This document shows positions 1 to 15,300 of a DNA stretch of 64,000 nt, piece by piece. Positions within the stretch are counted from its first letter, which is position 1. Each line of letters begins with the position of its first letter. Both the position numbers and the translations under genes were made by a program. The notes below the pieces were generated by a model. That model did no database searches. It was not told where the DNA came from and saw nothing but the letters and a program-made list of their open reading frames with translations. The stretch lies in contig NC_086097.1 of NCBI RefSeq assembly GCF_963921235.1, positions 166,782,001-166,846,000 of the forward strand, read 5' to 3'. Origin of the DNA: Mobula hypostoma (lineage: Eukaryota).

Positions 1-182
1 TGTTTTGCTAAACATAGAGCAAATTGATAATGGCCAAGTTAACTGTTTGAAGTCTTGGTTTGGATTTCACGGTTAACTTGCACATCTCTTTCTTTAAGCT
101 GTACTATGAAGCCCTTTATCAAGTGGAATATTAATTTTTTCAAGTAAAGATTACAATCAGTTCAGAAGATCATGACTTGTAC

Positions 183-387
183 CTTTGCAAGCAGCGGGTG
201 GGATGCCAATGCAGAGCAGGTATTGGAAGGTCAGAATGCATGCCAGGAAGCAGCAGTATTTTGGCCAGATCTCAGCAATGGCTTTCCTGCGACGTCGGTA
301 GAGTAATGCAAATAGCCAAAAGGCATGAAGCATGGCATACAGATCCATCCGTTGGCCAATCACATTGACTGTCATGAGGAAACATAT
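183..387 (-). CDS. PIEZO2: PIEZO2 exon (~25), 205 nt: [68 protein letters not shown]
   Basis: cacag acceptor, G|gtacaa donor, phase 0/1. Confidence 0.95.
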
Positions 388-3300
388 CTGTGGGTAAAGT
401 GAAAGAGAAACAGGAATGTTGTCAGTTGTGAAGGCGTATCTTTAGGCTGGGAAAAAGCTGGTTAGAAGTAGCTAGATCTGGAAGGAATAATTGTCCTAGC
501 AATAGCTGGGTTGATATAAAGAGTGAGATAGGTTACATGGAGGAGAAAGCTGGGTATCTTAGCAACAAAAAGGATATGGGGACACAAGAGATGGCAGATG
601 CTGGAATCCAGAGCAACGCACAAGATTCTGGAGGAACAACAGATCAGGCAGTAACTATGGACAGAAATGGACAGTACATGTTTTGGGTCAAGATCCTTCA
701 TGGGGCATTGGAGTTGGAAGCTGAGTTCAAAATGGTGCTGTGAATGATCTCACCAAAAGTGCATCAGTGATGAGAGCAGGGGCAGTGATTGGAGACGAAC
801 AAAATTTATGATTGGGAGCTGAAAGACAAGATCTTCTCAATTGTTATTTGTAAAGGGCTCATCCAAAATAGATGGCAGTTAAGGGGCAAGGGAGAAGCTA
901 TACTTTATACTTTATTGTCGCCAAACAATTGATAGTAGAACGTACAATCATCACAGCGATATTTAATTCTGTGCTTCAGTTAAGAGAGGGGAAGACTTAG
1001 TCGAGATGAATGCTATCAGATAGTGGCTGCTGTCATCTGTTTTGCATAATGCCACTGAGGGTCAGCCTATGGAAATAAAGAAGTGAGCTAAAACAGTGCT
1101 GCAAAATTGGTGAGATTAGGAAATCTGACAATACTTAATGTTTAACTGACTCTTCTCCACATGTTATTTCTGCACCTTAATTTCAATTTATGGAAGCTTT
1201 CTCTCTAGAGGTGAGAGAATGGAGGGTTTTGACCTGAAACATTAACAGTTCTTTTCCTTCTGCAGATGCTGCTCAACCCAATGGGTTATTTGTTTCTCAC
1301 TTGTGCTGCCTTATTTTTTATCAGCAAAACTAAATTCTTCTTTTCACATTTTACATATATTTTCTTAAATTTGGTATCCTGCAACATTTAATTCACAACT
1401 TTGGTCACATTTTAACCATGTTTACACAATGCCTATTAAATCAAACCCATTTATCTCCATCTTCATTAAAGAAAAATTTATTTAGATATTGCCTTGCATG
1501 ATCTCAGTACTTTCCAAACATGCTACAGTTAATGAAGCATTTTTGATGAGAGCTCATTGTTGTAATTGAGTCTCTGCTCAGGAAGCCAGCATAAACAGCA
1601 AAATAATAATAATCAACTCTCTTTTTAAGTGTTGGTTGGGGATGGCTGTTAGATGGGATTCCTGGGTTAATTTATACTCCTCTTCTTCAAGTCAATGAAG
1701 GAATGCCTTGCATCCAATTAAGAAAGCAAACAGGACTTCAGTTCAATGCTGATCTGAAAGAGACAACTCCCAACAGTGCAGCATTCCATTGAAGTATTAC
1801 CCTTGACTGCTGTGCTCAATCCACAAACTTCTGAAGCAAGGGTGTCACAGGCTTTACAAAATATACCTTGGACACTTATTGAGATACATACACCTATTGT
1901 AAATGTGTTTGTGAAGAAAATTCACTTCACACATTCCCACTTACACTATCTGTACTACCATCCGTAACTAACCTCATTCATTACTGTTACTTACTTTTCT
2001 CTTCTACTGCTCACCCAGACACAGACTCTCTCTTTTTATAAGCTGTGAGAGTCTTTGAATCATACAGCATAGAAATAGAATCTTCAGCCCAACTGTTCCA
2101 TGCTGGCAAAGACTCCCATCTAAGCTCATCCCATTTAGCCTGCATTTCCGCCATATCCCTTTAAACCTTTCCTATATTTGTACTTGTCCAAATAGCTGTT
2201 AATTGTTAATGTGACTGCCCCAAAAACTTCTTCTGGCAGCTCATTCTATATACTGACCACACTCTGGATGAAAAGGTTTCCCCTCAGATTCCTATTAAAT
2301 CTCTCTCCTCTCACTTTATCCCTACTCCCTCTAATTATTGATTCTCCGACCCTGGGAAAAAGATTGCACACTGTCTCTATCTGTGACCGTCATATTTTTA
2401 TATCTCTCTTCAAGATCACCTTACATCGATCTGTTGCTTCTCTCTACTCCCATTCTTCCTCATGTTTCACTTTTTTCCTCTTTGCTATTGTGTTTTCTTG
2501 GAGAGTCATGATAACTAAAGCAGAGAGAAGGACGAACAAACAAGGCCAAGAAGCGTGCTGCCTGGCTTTCTTAGTCCCTCCAGCATTTTCTGTCTATTGC
2601 TTTGATTTTCTGCAGATTTTTTCTTGTCAAGAATGCATAAAAGCATCTACAGAAGCACTTAATTTGCCAGTGCATGAAAAGCTACCAACAAAGTACTTGG
2701 TGGTTGACATGAATGTCGTGTGTCAAAGGGCTTGCTTCTGTGCTCTATAACACTATGACAAGATTGGTTTTGTAAACGATATACCTCCAACCCAAACTTG
2801 TAGTAGAAGTAGTTGATGAAATACTTGGCACAGTCAACCAGCCCATTGTCCAGATGTTGTCTTGTGATGTCATGAAAGATCGTTTTTGTTACTGGAGGTG
2901 GAAGATTATTGCGAAGTCTAAAATATTCCTGATGGCGATAGACAGTCACTTCAAATGCTAAAACAGCAAGAATCAATAGGTTGTTCTGGAATAGAAAGAA
3001 AAACAAACATTCTGGTTGGCTAATCTGAAACTCTGAAGATATATTCTCGTTTTATTTGCCAACCTTTAAATTAACAGGTATTCCAACAGGCAGAAAGTTA
3101 TTGTTCTTAGGATGGTAACTAATTTAGAAATGCAAACAGTTGCTGTACAACAGCTGACGTATTTCCTGCAAAAACAATGCTTGTTTCATTGAGCAAGGAA
3201 TGGAGACCAGACATGAGCCAGTTGACCTTCAAAATCTATTTCAACTGTAAGGCAGAATCAACTCAAAGCTAAGAGTAAAACTTCTGATAATAGGAATATC

Positions 3301-6300
3301 CAGGGAAATAGTTCAGTGCAGGGAAGTGGACTTGAGTAAAAGAGCCATAATCTTATTGAATGTGGGATTACTTACATTCTTTATTTCAACACAAGTTTTA
3401 GTGAAGAGACAAGGATCTGAAATGTCAAATGAGATTCTCTACACATTTCCACAGTATTTTCAGCATTCCCTGACTTTCATTACTTGGGTACCTGCCTGTG
3501 TTTTGCTTTCAACATCCGGAGGTGCATTTTAAGCTACATTCTCTTGGAAGTAAGTTCTTTTTGGTAGCTTTTTCCCAAAAAGGTACACCAAGACAACTAT
3601 GACATGGCTGCAGGCATAGACACAAAGTCAAGACAGAAAAAGTTGGGGAAACAGGGACAAGGCTCTCTCCTCTATAATTACTAAGCGTGTTAAGCATGTT
3701 AAGGAGATAGATGAAAAATTTCAACATCTCTTGCCAAAGTTAAACTTATATTCCTGAATGTTGTCCTATGTAAATGCATGGAAAACCAAAATAAACAAGA
3801 AATTTAATAATACTGTAAAAGAGATTCCATATAATAGTACACACAACCGAACACTCTCCTTTGGTGGACAGCTGTGAACATTTGAATTACATATTTTAAT
3901 TCCAAGTTAATAACGGTTTTTAAGATTCCATCTTAAGTCCAATAAGAAGTTTTATTTCCAATGTGCTTGCAGATGGATGCTCAGACTAAAAGGTGACATT
4001 GAGTTAAATAAAAACATAGCAGGACAAAGTTGACTGGTGAGCAGGTGGTGCAATTATAAGGGAGGAGCAGCAGAGAATCTGTTATAATATAACATAAATC
4101 TTATAGATTTATATTTATTGTGCTTTTTTTATTACTGTGTTCTTTATCTTATCGTGTTTTTGTGTGCTGCACTGTATCTGGAGTAACAATTATTTAGTTC
4201 TCATTCACACTTTTGTACTGGAAATTACACTAAACAAGCCTGACTCTTGAAGATGGGACAATCCCAGCACAGTGATGGGTAATGTTATGGTGGTGACCTT
4301 TGAGGGAGAATGGATGCTGAATCCAGTGCCCGTAGAAGGTTAAGAAAACGTTTGAGTGTATTTAAAACTGCGCCAGAAAAGAATAGCATTGCATGGATTA
4401 AAGTGCTAATTAACTGGAAGAAATTATGGTTCACCTCTTCCCCAATTAACATCACGGAAAAGTCTTGTTAATGGTGCCATACTTGAACACTGCAGTGAGG
4501 TTTCCTTACATTTACTTTATATCAGCTGTGCAAACAGATAACACGGCCTAAGAGGCAGTTTTAATATAAAATGTGCAAATGGCTATTAAGTATGCAAGGA
4601 ATACTGTGGATGACTGTTTGTCAGATTGGAGGCTGGTATCTAGTTGTGTGCCTTAGGGTCCAATGTTGTTTGTCATATATATTAATGATCTGGATGATGG
4701 GGTGGTAAATTGGATTAGTAAGTATGCAGATGATACCAAGATAGGTGGGGTTGTGGATAATGAAGTAGGTTTTCAAAGTTTGCAGAGAGATTTAGGCCAG
4801 TTAGAAAAGTGGGCTGAAAGATGGCAGATAGAGTTTAATGCTGATAAATGTGAGGTGCTACATTTTGGTAGGACTAAAAATAGGACATACATGGTAAGTG
4901 GTAGGGCATTGAAGAATACAGTAGAACAGAGGGATCTAGGAATAATGGTGCATAGTTCCCTGAAGGTGGAATTTCATGTGGATAGGGTGGTGAAGAAAGC
5001 TTTTGGTATGCTGGCCTTTATAAATCAGAGCATTGAATTTAGGAGTTGGGATGTAAGGTTGAAATTATACATAGCATTAGTAAGGCCAAATTTGGAGTAT
5101 TATGTACAGTTTTGGTCACCAAATTACAGGAAAGATGTCAACAAAATTGAGAGTACAGAGAAGATTTACTAGAATGTTACCTGGGTTTCATCCCCTAAGT
5201 TACAGAGAAAGGTTGAACAAGTTGGGTCTTTATTCTTTGCAGCATAGAAGATTGAGGGGGGACTTGATAGAGGTATTTAAAATTATGAGGGGTATAGATA
5301 GAGTTGACGTGGATAGGCTTTTTCCATTGAGAGTGGGGGAGATTCAAACAAGAGGACATGAGTTGAGAGTTAAAGGGCAAAAGTTTAGGGGTAAAATGAG
5401 GGGGAACTTCTTTACTCAGAGAGTGGTAGCTGTGTGGAACGAGATTCCAGCAGAAGTGGTTGAGACAGGTTCAATATTGTCATTTCAAGTTAAATTGGCC
5501 AGCTATATGGACAGGAAAGGAATGGAGGGTTATGAGCTGAGTGCAGGTCAGTGGGACTAGGTGAGAGTAAGAGTTCGGCACGGACTAGAAGGACCGAGAT
5601 GGCCTGTTTCCGTGCTGTAATTGTTATATGGTTATATGAATGTATACACCAAACTGAATTTGTTGGTCAATAAAATAACCTGCGTGTTTTGAAGATGTGA
5701 AATACACATCCTTCCGCTTCTTTTCCAATTAGTGATGAGGGACGTTGATGGTGTGGATAGCCAGAGGCTTTTTCCCAGGGCTCAAATGGCTAACACCAGG
5801 GAGCATAGTTTTAAGTTACTTGGAAGTAGGTACAAGGGGGATGTCAGAGGTAAGTTTTTCACACAGAGAATGGTGGGTGAGTGGAATGCACTGCCAGCAA
5901 AGGTGGTAGAGGCAGATACAATAGGGTCTTTTAAGAGCCTCTTAGATAGGTACATGGAGCTTAGAAAAATAGAGGGCCATGCGGTAGGGAAATTCTAGGC
6001 AACTTCCAGAGTAGGTTCCACGGTCAGCACAACATCGTGGGCCGAAAGGCCTGTAATGTTCTGTAGATTTTCTATGTTCTATGTATTGTACCTCATCATC
6101 TCATCATTCCAGAATACTTTCTAATCACTCTGGCAACTGTTTCTTGTGATTTTTAAAATTTGTATTTTCATAAGGACAAGTTGCTTCCTTGAACGATGCT
6201 TTGTTATTTCATCAACATGCAGCTTCTGCAGCAGGATTTGGTGTAACCTAATCAATCAGGAAGCACGAGTAGTCTGAAGCAAGATCTGTCCTCTGGAGTC

Positions 6301-9300
6301 TTTCGTCTCTGCTTTTATCAAACCTTATGACCAAATTCCATTTGTCTGACTTTACAGATTGATGATCATCTGAGATCCCATTCAAAAGAAAGATTCCACT
6401 CCAGAACTCTAAATTTCAAAGTATCAGAGTATTTCAGAACTACAAAAGGGAATCAATCATACCAGTGCCCACGAAGAGCAGGGTGAACTGCCTCAACAAT
6501 TATTGCCCAATGGTGCTCATAAGTAAGGACCTACACCTGCTGCAATTTCCATCTCTCCACAACAGGTCTACAATGGGTGCAATCTCACTAGCTCGTCACT
6601 TGGCCTTGAATCACCTATAATACCTATGTCAGGTTGCTGCTCATTGATAACAGCACAGTGTTCAACAAAATCATATGCTCAGTTTCAATGAACAAGCTCC
6701 AAAACCTGGGCCTCTGTATCTCCCTCTGTAACTGGATCCTTGACTTCCTTACTGAGAGGCAACAGTCTGTGCAGATCAGAAATAATATCTCCTCCTTGTT
6801 GACAATCAATACTGACGCACCTCAAGGATGTGTGCTTAGTCCACTGCTCTATTCTCTCTACATCCACGACTCTGTAGCTAAGCACAGCTCAAATGCCATC
6901 CATAGATTTATTGATGACGCAACTATTGTTGGCAGAATTTGAAATGGTGACAAAGTGGTGTACAGGAGTGAGATAAATCAGCTGGTTGACTGGTGTCACA
7001 ACATCAATCTTGCACTCAGCATCAGTATGGACAAGGAATTGACTGTGGAATTCAGGAAGGGGAAGTTGAGAGAACACATACCAGGACTCATTGAGGGACC
7101 AGCAGTGGAAAGAGTGAGCGGTTTCAAGGTCCTGGGTGTCAACATCTCTGAAGATCTATCCTGGCCCAACATATTGATGCATAACAGTGGCTATATTTCA
7201 TTAAGAGTTTGAGGAGACATGGTATGTCAGCAAAGGCACTTGCAAATTTCTAGTGATGCACCGAGGAGAGCTTTCTAACTGGCTGCATCACCGCATGGTA
7301 TGGAGGGGTCACTGCACGGAAAAAGACGCAGGAAGTTGTAAACTCAACCAGCTCCATCATGGGCACTAATGTCCCAAACCTTCAAAACGTGATATCTCAA
7401 AAAGCGGCAGCCATCATTCAGGGCCCCCATCACCCAGGATGTGCCCTCTTCTCAATGCTACCATCAAGGTGGTGGTTTTGGAGCCTGAAAACACATACTC
7501 AATGTTTCAGGAACAGCTTCTTCCCCTCCACCATCAGATTTCTGAATGGACAATGAAGCCATAAACGTTACCTCACTACTTTTTCCTCTCTTTTTGCACT
7601 ACTTAATTTCTTTTTTATATATACTTCTTATTGTAATTTATAGCTTTTATTATGTATTGCAATGTACTGCTGCCGCAAAAAAATTAATTTTATGACGCAT
7701 GCCGGTGATATTAAAGCTGATTCTGATTCTTTAATATAAAGTGGATGGAAAGTAATTGACACTACTGAACTTTAGAACAATCTGATAACCTTTGTGTAGC
7801 CCTCTGTTACCAGTGACTGACATGCTTTCCATATTTTCCTTCAAAATCCACTTCATTAATCAAAAATCTGTAGTTGCCATGGTGAGATTTGAATTCAGGT
7901 CCAACTGTGTTGTTAGTTCAGATCTCATGATTGTTTATCTGGAATTTTAACTGGTTGGACCAGCTCTCCTTCCCTCAGTAGATGTTAATTGATGTATACA
8001 CTCTAGAGATGACTGCTTGTTTCAATGAAGGCAATGCTTTGCATAAAACAACACTGAAAGGTGTGGAAATTACGGTATTCTCATCTGACATTCACTCCTT
8101 GCTCACTTGCATGATGATGTGCTTTCTGGAAAAAGTGCTGGAATCAATAGCAATTATCAATAGGAAATCTGTAAGAGGAACTCAGCAGATCAGGCAGCAA
8201 CCAAAGAAATGAACAAATAGTCAACGTTTTGGGCTGAGATCCTTCTTCAAGACTGGAAAGGAAGGTGGGGGGGGGTGGGAGACACAAGAGTTAAAAAGGT
8301 GGGTGCCCAGGAAGGACAGCTAGAAGGTGATAGGTAAAGCCAGGTGGGTGGGAAAGGAAAGGGCTGGAGATGAAGGAATCTGATAGGAGGAGAGAAAGGA
8401 CCATAGGAGAAAGGGAAGGAGGAGGGGACCCGGGGGGAGGTGATAGGCATGTCAGAAGAAGTAACAGGCCATAGTAGAGTGAATTTTTTTTTACCAGAAG
8501 GAGAAATCAATTTTCTTGACATCAGGTTGGAGGCTACCCAGATGGAATATAAAGTGTTGCTCCTACACCTTGAGGGTGGTCTTATTGAGGCACAAGAGGA
8601 GACCATGGACTAAGATGTCAAAAAGGGAATGGGAATTGGAATTAAAACACTGGGATGTGGGACGTTCTGCTTTTGGTGAATGGAGCGGAAGTGCTTGACG
8701 AAGCCGTCCCCCAATTTGTGACCGGTCTCTCCAATGTAGAGGAGGTCACATCGGGAACATGGATACAATAGAAGACCTCAGCAAATTCACAGCTGAAGTG
8801 TTGCCTCACCTGGAAGGACTGTCTTGGGGCCTGAATGGAAATGGTGAATGGGCAGGTGTAGCACTTTGGATGCTTGCAGGGATAAGTGTCAGGAAGGAGT
8901 TTAGATAGGAGGGATGAATGGACAAGGGAATTATGATCCCCATGGATAGCAGAGAGTAGGAGGGGAGATAAAGAAGTGTTTAGTGGCAGGATCGCTTTGG
9001 AGGTGGTTGAACTTGCAGAGAATGAATGGTTGAATTTGTGGAGATGACTGAAGGATGCAGAGGCTTCTGGGGTGGTGGGTAATGACAAGAATAACTCTAA
9101 TACTGTAAGGTAGTAGGAAGATGGGATGAGCGAGAATGACTGGGTAGTCGAGGAGATGCGGGATAGATGGTGGATGAAGGGAAATATCTTTCTTTGAAGA
9201 AGGAGAACATCTCTGATGTTCTGGAAAGGAAAGCCTTATCCTGGGAAGGAAGTGAGAAAAAGGAATAGCATTTTTATAGGAGATAAGGTGGGAAAAGGTA

Positions 9301-12300
9301 TCGTCAAGAAAGCCTTGGAAATTGATAAGCTTATAAAAGATGTTGGCTGACAGTTTGTCTCCAGGGATGGAGACAGAGAGATCAAGAAAGGGGAGGGAGG
9401 TGTCAGAAATGGATCATGTGAATTTAAGGACAACAAGGAAGTTATAGGCAAAGCTGATGAAGTTGAAGAGCTCAGCATGGGTGCATGAAGCAGCACCAAT
9501 GCAGTCATCAATGTAGCAGAGAAAGAGTTGGGGAGCATTACTGGGCAGATATGGAACATAGACTGGTCTACATAGCTATCAAAAAGGCAGGCATAGCTAG
9601 GGTGGCTACCCCACGAAGCTGGAGAAAGTGAGGGGAGCCAAAGGAGAAATTGTTGAGGGTGAGGGCCAGTTCAGTCAGACAGACATGTGTGGTGATGGAG
9701 GGGATCTGGTTGGATCTTTTACCGAGAAAGAAGTGGAGATATTTAAGGCCTTCTTGATGGGGGTTAGACATGTATAGGGGCTGGATATCCATGGTGAAAA
9801 TAAGGGAGTCAGGGCCACAGAATTGAAAGTTAGTGAGAAGTGTCACAGATGAAGGTGGGAAGGGACTGAACCAATGGGGATAGAATGGAGTCAAGGTATG
9901 AGAACACAAGTTCAGTAGGATAGGAGCAGGCAGAAACAACGGACCTACCTGAACATATCTGGAATACTCGAATATAATCTGTAATATATTCATACCTTAA
10001 GGTACACTAGAAGAGGAGAAGACTTCTTGAGCCCAATCCAATTTGCGGGATCCACCGGGCTAGAGTAGAGAATCGAGCTGTTCAATCTCTCAGCACTCTC
10101 TACATTGGTCTCATTGAGTTGAGGCTGGGAAATTAAACATTGAAATATATTTATATAAAGATTTAAATAACTCATAGTGCTAAATGCATTTTACATTCAT
10201 TAAGCTAATGCCTGAAAGCACAAACCACCAGAGTCGAGAACAGCTTCTATCCCAGGTTCTGACTCTTGATGGACCTCTCATACACTAAAAGATGACTCTT
10301 AATATTCCAATGCACTATGTCGTAGCCCTTGCACTCTATTTGTCGCTCCTGTGCTGCGCTGTCACTGTAATTTCAACACTATATCGTTTTCTTTTTCACC
10401 ACCAGAATGTATTTATGTATGGTATGATCTGTCTGGGTGACACATGAAGTAAAGCTCTTCAGTGCATGTAACAATGATACACCAATGTCAAAAATTTTCC
10501 CTTCAAGTGCAGTGAAGCCATCGGTTCATATTTATTTCAAGACTATTAATTGTCATCAGATGAAAAAAAAATAAGAGAAAAACATTAGACAAAATATTGA
10601 AAAAATGTAGAAAATATTGAATTATATATTTCAAAAATTTAAAGCTCATGGTATTAGAAAAATATAATGACTAATCTATCATACTCTGTGCTGATATTAT
10701 ACTATATTACAAATAGCAGTTAAAATATCTTAACAAGAATGAAATGAACTTACAATGTTCCATGTAACAGAGCAAAAGCTATTTGGGGAAAACAAACTAA
10801 GGGAGATTGAATAAAATTCCTTGAAAAATCCACACGTTATCAAATTAAATCTAGACAGGTCAGGATAAAACACATGCAATTAAATTTGTAATGATCAGAC
10901 TGAGTGCATTTTTCTTTATTTGCTTATGATTTTCTAGCTTTGCTGATCAGGAATCCATTCTCAATTCCTAAATTCTGAACCAACAAACCATTATGCCTCT
11001 AATCTGGATTTCCTCATGATACTGAAGGAGATAAGGGAAAAGATTGCTGGGGCCTTGACTGAGATTTTTGTATCCTCTTTTGCCACAGACAAGATTCCAG
11101 AACACTAGAATAGTCAATATTCTTACTTTGTTTAAGAATGACAACAGGGAGAAAGGAAGAAATTAGAGGATGATAGAGAAATTACTGGAGAAGATTCTTA
11201 CGTACAATTAGTAAACCATGGACTTATTAGGAAAAGTCAGCATGGCTTTGTACAAGGGAGGGTTTGTTGCCTACATACATCGACATTAGTAACACATTTG
11301 ACAAGGTCCCTTGAGATATGCTGGCCCAGAAGAATGCCACTTAGGATCTATGGTGAGCTGATAAGTTAAATACAAAATTGGCTTGGACATAGAACTTATA
11401 AGGTAGTGGTGGAGGGGTGTTCCTCTGACTTGAGGTCTGTAACTAGTGGTGTTCCGCAATGATATGAAAACACAGGTGGTCTCATCAATAGATTTACAGA
11501 TGACACATAAATTGGTAGAGTTGTTGATGGTGAGGACAATTGTCAAAGGATACTGAGGATATATATAGCAGATGGAGTCTAACCTGGACAAGTGTGGAGT
11601 GTTTTATTTTGGGAGATCAATACAAAAGCATAGAGACTGTGGCAGGACCCTTAGGAGCACTGATGTACAAAAGGATCCTAGTGTGCAGGTCCAGAACTCA
11701 CTGAAAGCGGCCACACTACAGGATGGAGTGGTAAAGAAGGCATATGCATACTTGCCTTTATCAATTGGTGCATTGGGTGTAAACCACATCACAGGAAGAG
11801 TGTGAAAGATTTGGAGATGGTGAGGAAGAGGTTCAGCAGGAGCTGACTGGATTGGAGAATACAGGCTATAAGGAGATATTGGACAAACTTGGAGCGACAG
11901 AGGCTGATAGAAGCATATAAAAATCATGAGAGACATAGACAGTGTAGATAGTCAGAGTCTTTTTTCCTGGAGTGGAAATGTCAAATACTAGAAGACATAG
12001 ATTTAAAGTGAGAGGCAGCAAGTTTAAAGGAGATGTACAAGGCAAGCTTTTTTCCCCCACAGCTTGGTGGTTGATTAAATAGCCTCCCAAGGTAGGTGGT
12101 AGAAAAAGATACAATATCAATGTTTAAGAGGAATTCACTGAGAAGCCTGAGAAGGAATAGAAGAAAATAGACTATGTGCAGATGGATGGGATTAACTAGA
12201 TTCATATGATCAGTGAAGACATGGAGGGCCAAAGTCCTTTTCCTGTTCTCTATTGTTCTATGTTCCTGACGTGCCACACATTAATATTACACCAGAGATG

Positions 12301-15300
12301 CCTCTTCTCACTGGGTATATCAATTATGCCAGGCACTTGAGCAACGACTGATGTGCAAATATCCAGTGTGGTGTTGAAATGGATGAGGATACTTGGCATC
12401 TGAATATTTTGTTATTATGATTTGTAGTGTATCTTAAAAATAATCATTTAAACGTCCCAACTAAGTTAAAATAACCCTGGGATCATTGGATTTCTTGCAA
12501 TGTGAGATGAGGAAGATTTGAAATTACCATTTTTTTGCTGCATTAGGAAAAAATAATACAGAAATGTTTTTTTTATAGTTTTTGATAAGAGAGTATAATC
12601 AATTTATGATTGAATTAACTGAACCCAGGAGAGAGGTGATGGGGGATTTATAAAGTTTATTCAGGCATGCATTGCTTCATTATCAGTACGAAGTCGATTG
12701 CAATTTCTAAGGAAAGAGTTGTTAAGCATCTAATACAAAGGAAGATCCCATTATATCAGGACATGGAAGGATTAGGAGTTCAGGTTTGGGTATTTCTTCA
12801 TTAAGTGTCGGCGTGCAGCATAATACAAATGATTTCCTTCTGTGTGGTCAACATCATTATTCTAATCGCATCAAGGAAACTATTTTCCTGGGAGTCAGAT
12901 TGGAGATACACTCAGCCACTTTATTAGATACACCTGTACACCAGCTTGTTAATGCAAATATTGAATCAGCCATTCGTGTGGCAATATTTCAATACATAAA
13001 AGCATGCCAGCTTATCAAGACCTTCAGTTGTTATTCAGACCAAATATCATAATGGGGAAGAAATACGAACTACGTGACTTTGACCATGATCTCCTGCTGA
13101 TACTGGGATCTCCTGAAATTTACAGAAAATGGATCAAAGAAAAAACATCCAGTGAGCAGCAGTTCTATGGGTGAAAACGCCTTGTCAGTGTGAGGGGCCG
13201 GAGAGGATTGGCCAGACTGGTTCCAGCTGACAGTAAGGTGTCAGTAACTCCAACAACCATGCATTACAACAGTGGTGTGCAGGAGAGCATTTCTGAACTC
13301 ACAACACGTTGAATCTTGAAGAGGATGGGCTACAGCAACAGTAGAGCACAAACACACACTCAGTGGTCACTTTATTAGGTACAGGAGGTGCCTGAGAAGT
13401 GGCAAGTGCCCAATGAGTGCGTAAGCCATGATCCAGTAATCATGGCGTCAGGAAGTCTGCTGGATCAGATGGGCATTTCCTGTCACCTGTGTTCTACTGA
13501 AGCAAAGCCTGTGAAAACCAGCCGGAGTTGATCATTATTGTGAGAGTATTCCCTCTTGCAACCCTAGTACCTTGCCCTTATTGTTTGCAAATGTGGCCAC
13601 TGTTTCCTTTCTTAAAAGATAACTTTAAAGACAGTTTATTTCAGGAAGGAAAGGTCAGTAGTAGTGCATTCAGCCACTGCAGGTATAATATATTATTTAC
13701 TTTAAATTAAAATGATGTATGGAATGAACTTTAAATAACATACTTACAATTGTACAGTTTGAAGAGTAGGTTAAAGGTTGAACAGATGATAATTGATATA
13801 ACATTTTACAAACAATGATTATGCAGGTCATGACTGTGCAGATACTTGATGCCAGAGGACGTAATTTTACATAAGGCAAAGCGAAGGCCCACGAGATTAA
13901 GAAGACATAATTCAGCAGGGAAACCTGTAGGAGTAACACTCTGATCAGTCTTCCACACTTTAACATGCAGATCATACACGAGGATACATAAAGAAACAAT
14001 ATGATATCTTTCTTAAAGGAGATGACACAGTTTGATTAACCCGAGACTCACTCACGTGTAGCGAATCTAAATTGGAGTGAATTCAGTTGAGAGTATTTTG
14101 TTGTTGTTAAGACTGCAGGCACTCACTGTTATGTGTTTGTGACTGGTACACCAACTTAGGGAAAGGTTGAATAGGTTAGAACTTCATTCTTTGGAGCACA
14201 GGAGAATGAGGAGAGATTTCATAGAGGCTTTCAAAATTATGAGATGTATAGATAGGGTGAATGTATGCATGCTATTTCCCCTCAGACTGGGTGAACTAGA
14301 ACTAGAGATCATATATTTAGGATGAAAGGTGAAATATTTAGGAGGAATCTGAAGGGAAACTTTTCACTCAGATTGGTACGAGTGTGGAATGAACCACCAG
14401 TGAAAGTGGTAGATATGGTTTCAATTGCAACATTTAAGAGAAGTTTTGATAGATACATGGATGGGATGGGTTTGGCAGGCTTTGGTCTGGGGGTCGCTAG
14501 ATAAAAATAGGTTAGAAGATAAGGCTGGCATGATCTGGATGGGCTGAATGGTGATTTTTGGTGTGTGGTTGTGGTGTAACCATGAGTATCAACAAGTACA
14601 ACAATTATATGACACCTTTAGCATAGCAACATTTTATCAAGGCAGTTCTCGAGACTCCATCAAGTCTAGACTTTCAGGCCTCAAAAGGAGATATCAGAAC
14701 AGATAGCCAGAAAGTTCCGTTTTGAGAAAGCAAATTTGCGTTTGAATTGCCTGCAGTTTCTGAGAAAAGGCATCACACTGTGTGAGCCGTGAAAGGTATG
14801 GATTGGAACTGCTCTTTTGGCATGGTAGAGAAAAGCAAAAGACATGGCAGATATTTCAGACTAATAAACAGTAGCATGATTCATACTATAATGATGATAT
14901 CCAACTCCCCATGCAATGGACATTAAATATTCCAGCTGCACAATCACAGACATCTAAATTTTACAATTCGTGAGATTTTAATGCTAAATATATTTGGGAT
15001 TAATAAAAATGGTCATTTTGTTCTTACACTCACCTCTTTCAATGTAATCCAAATGATGTAAAATGACACAATTTTGATTATGTGAAGTTCCAAAATCCAC
15101 CAAGCCATTATTTGTAGTTTATGGAACGTCTCCATAAATTTTAGGAACAGCACAGTCAGACGGTCAATTACCAGGTGCCATTTATTTGTCTTTTCTTCTA
15201 AAATGGGGAGAAAGGAAATTATTTCATTATCTAAGTCAGCTATTTCTGAAACAACTCAGGCAGAGACACAGGCAGCAGCAAATCTTGGAATCTGGAACAA

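Noticed and set aside
2211..2750. 179-aa plus-strand ORF
   Set aside because: Runs through antisense CR1 and other repeat remnants; no coherent protein
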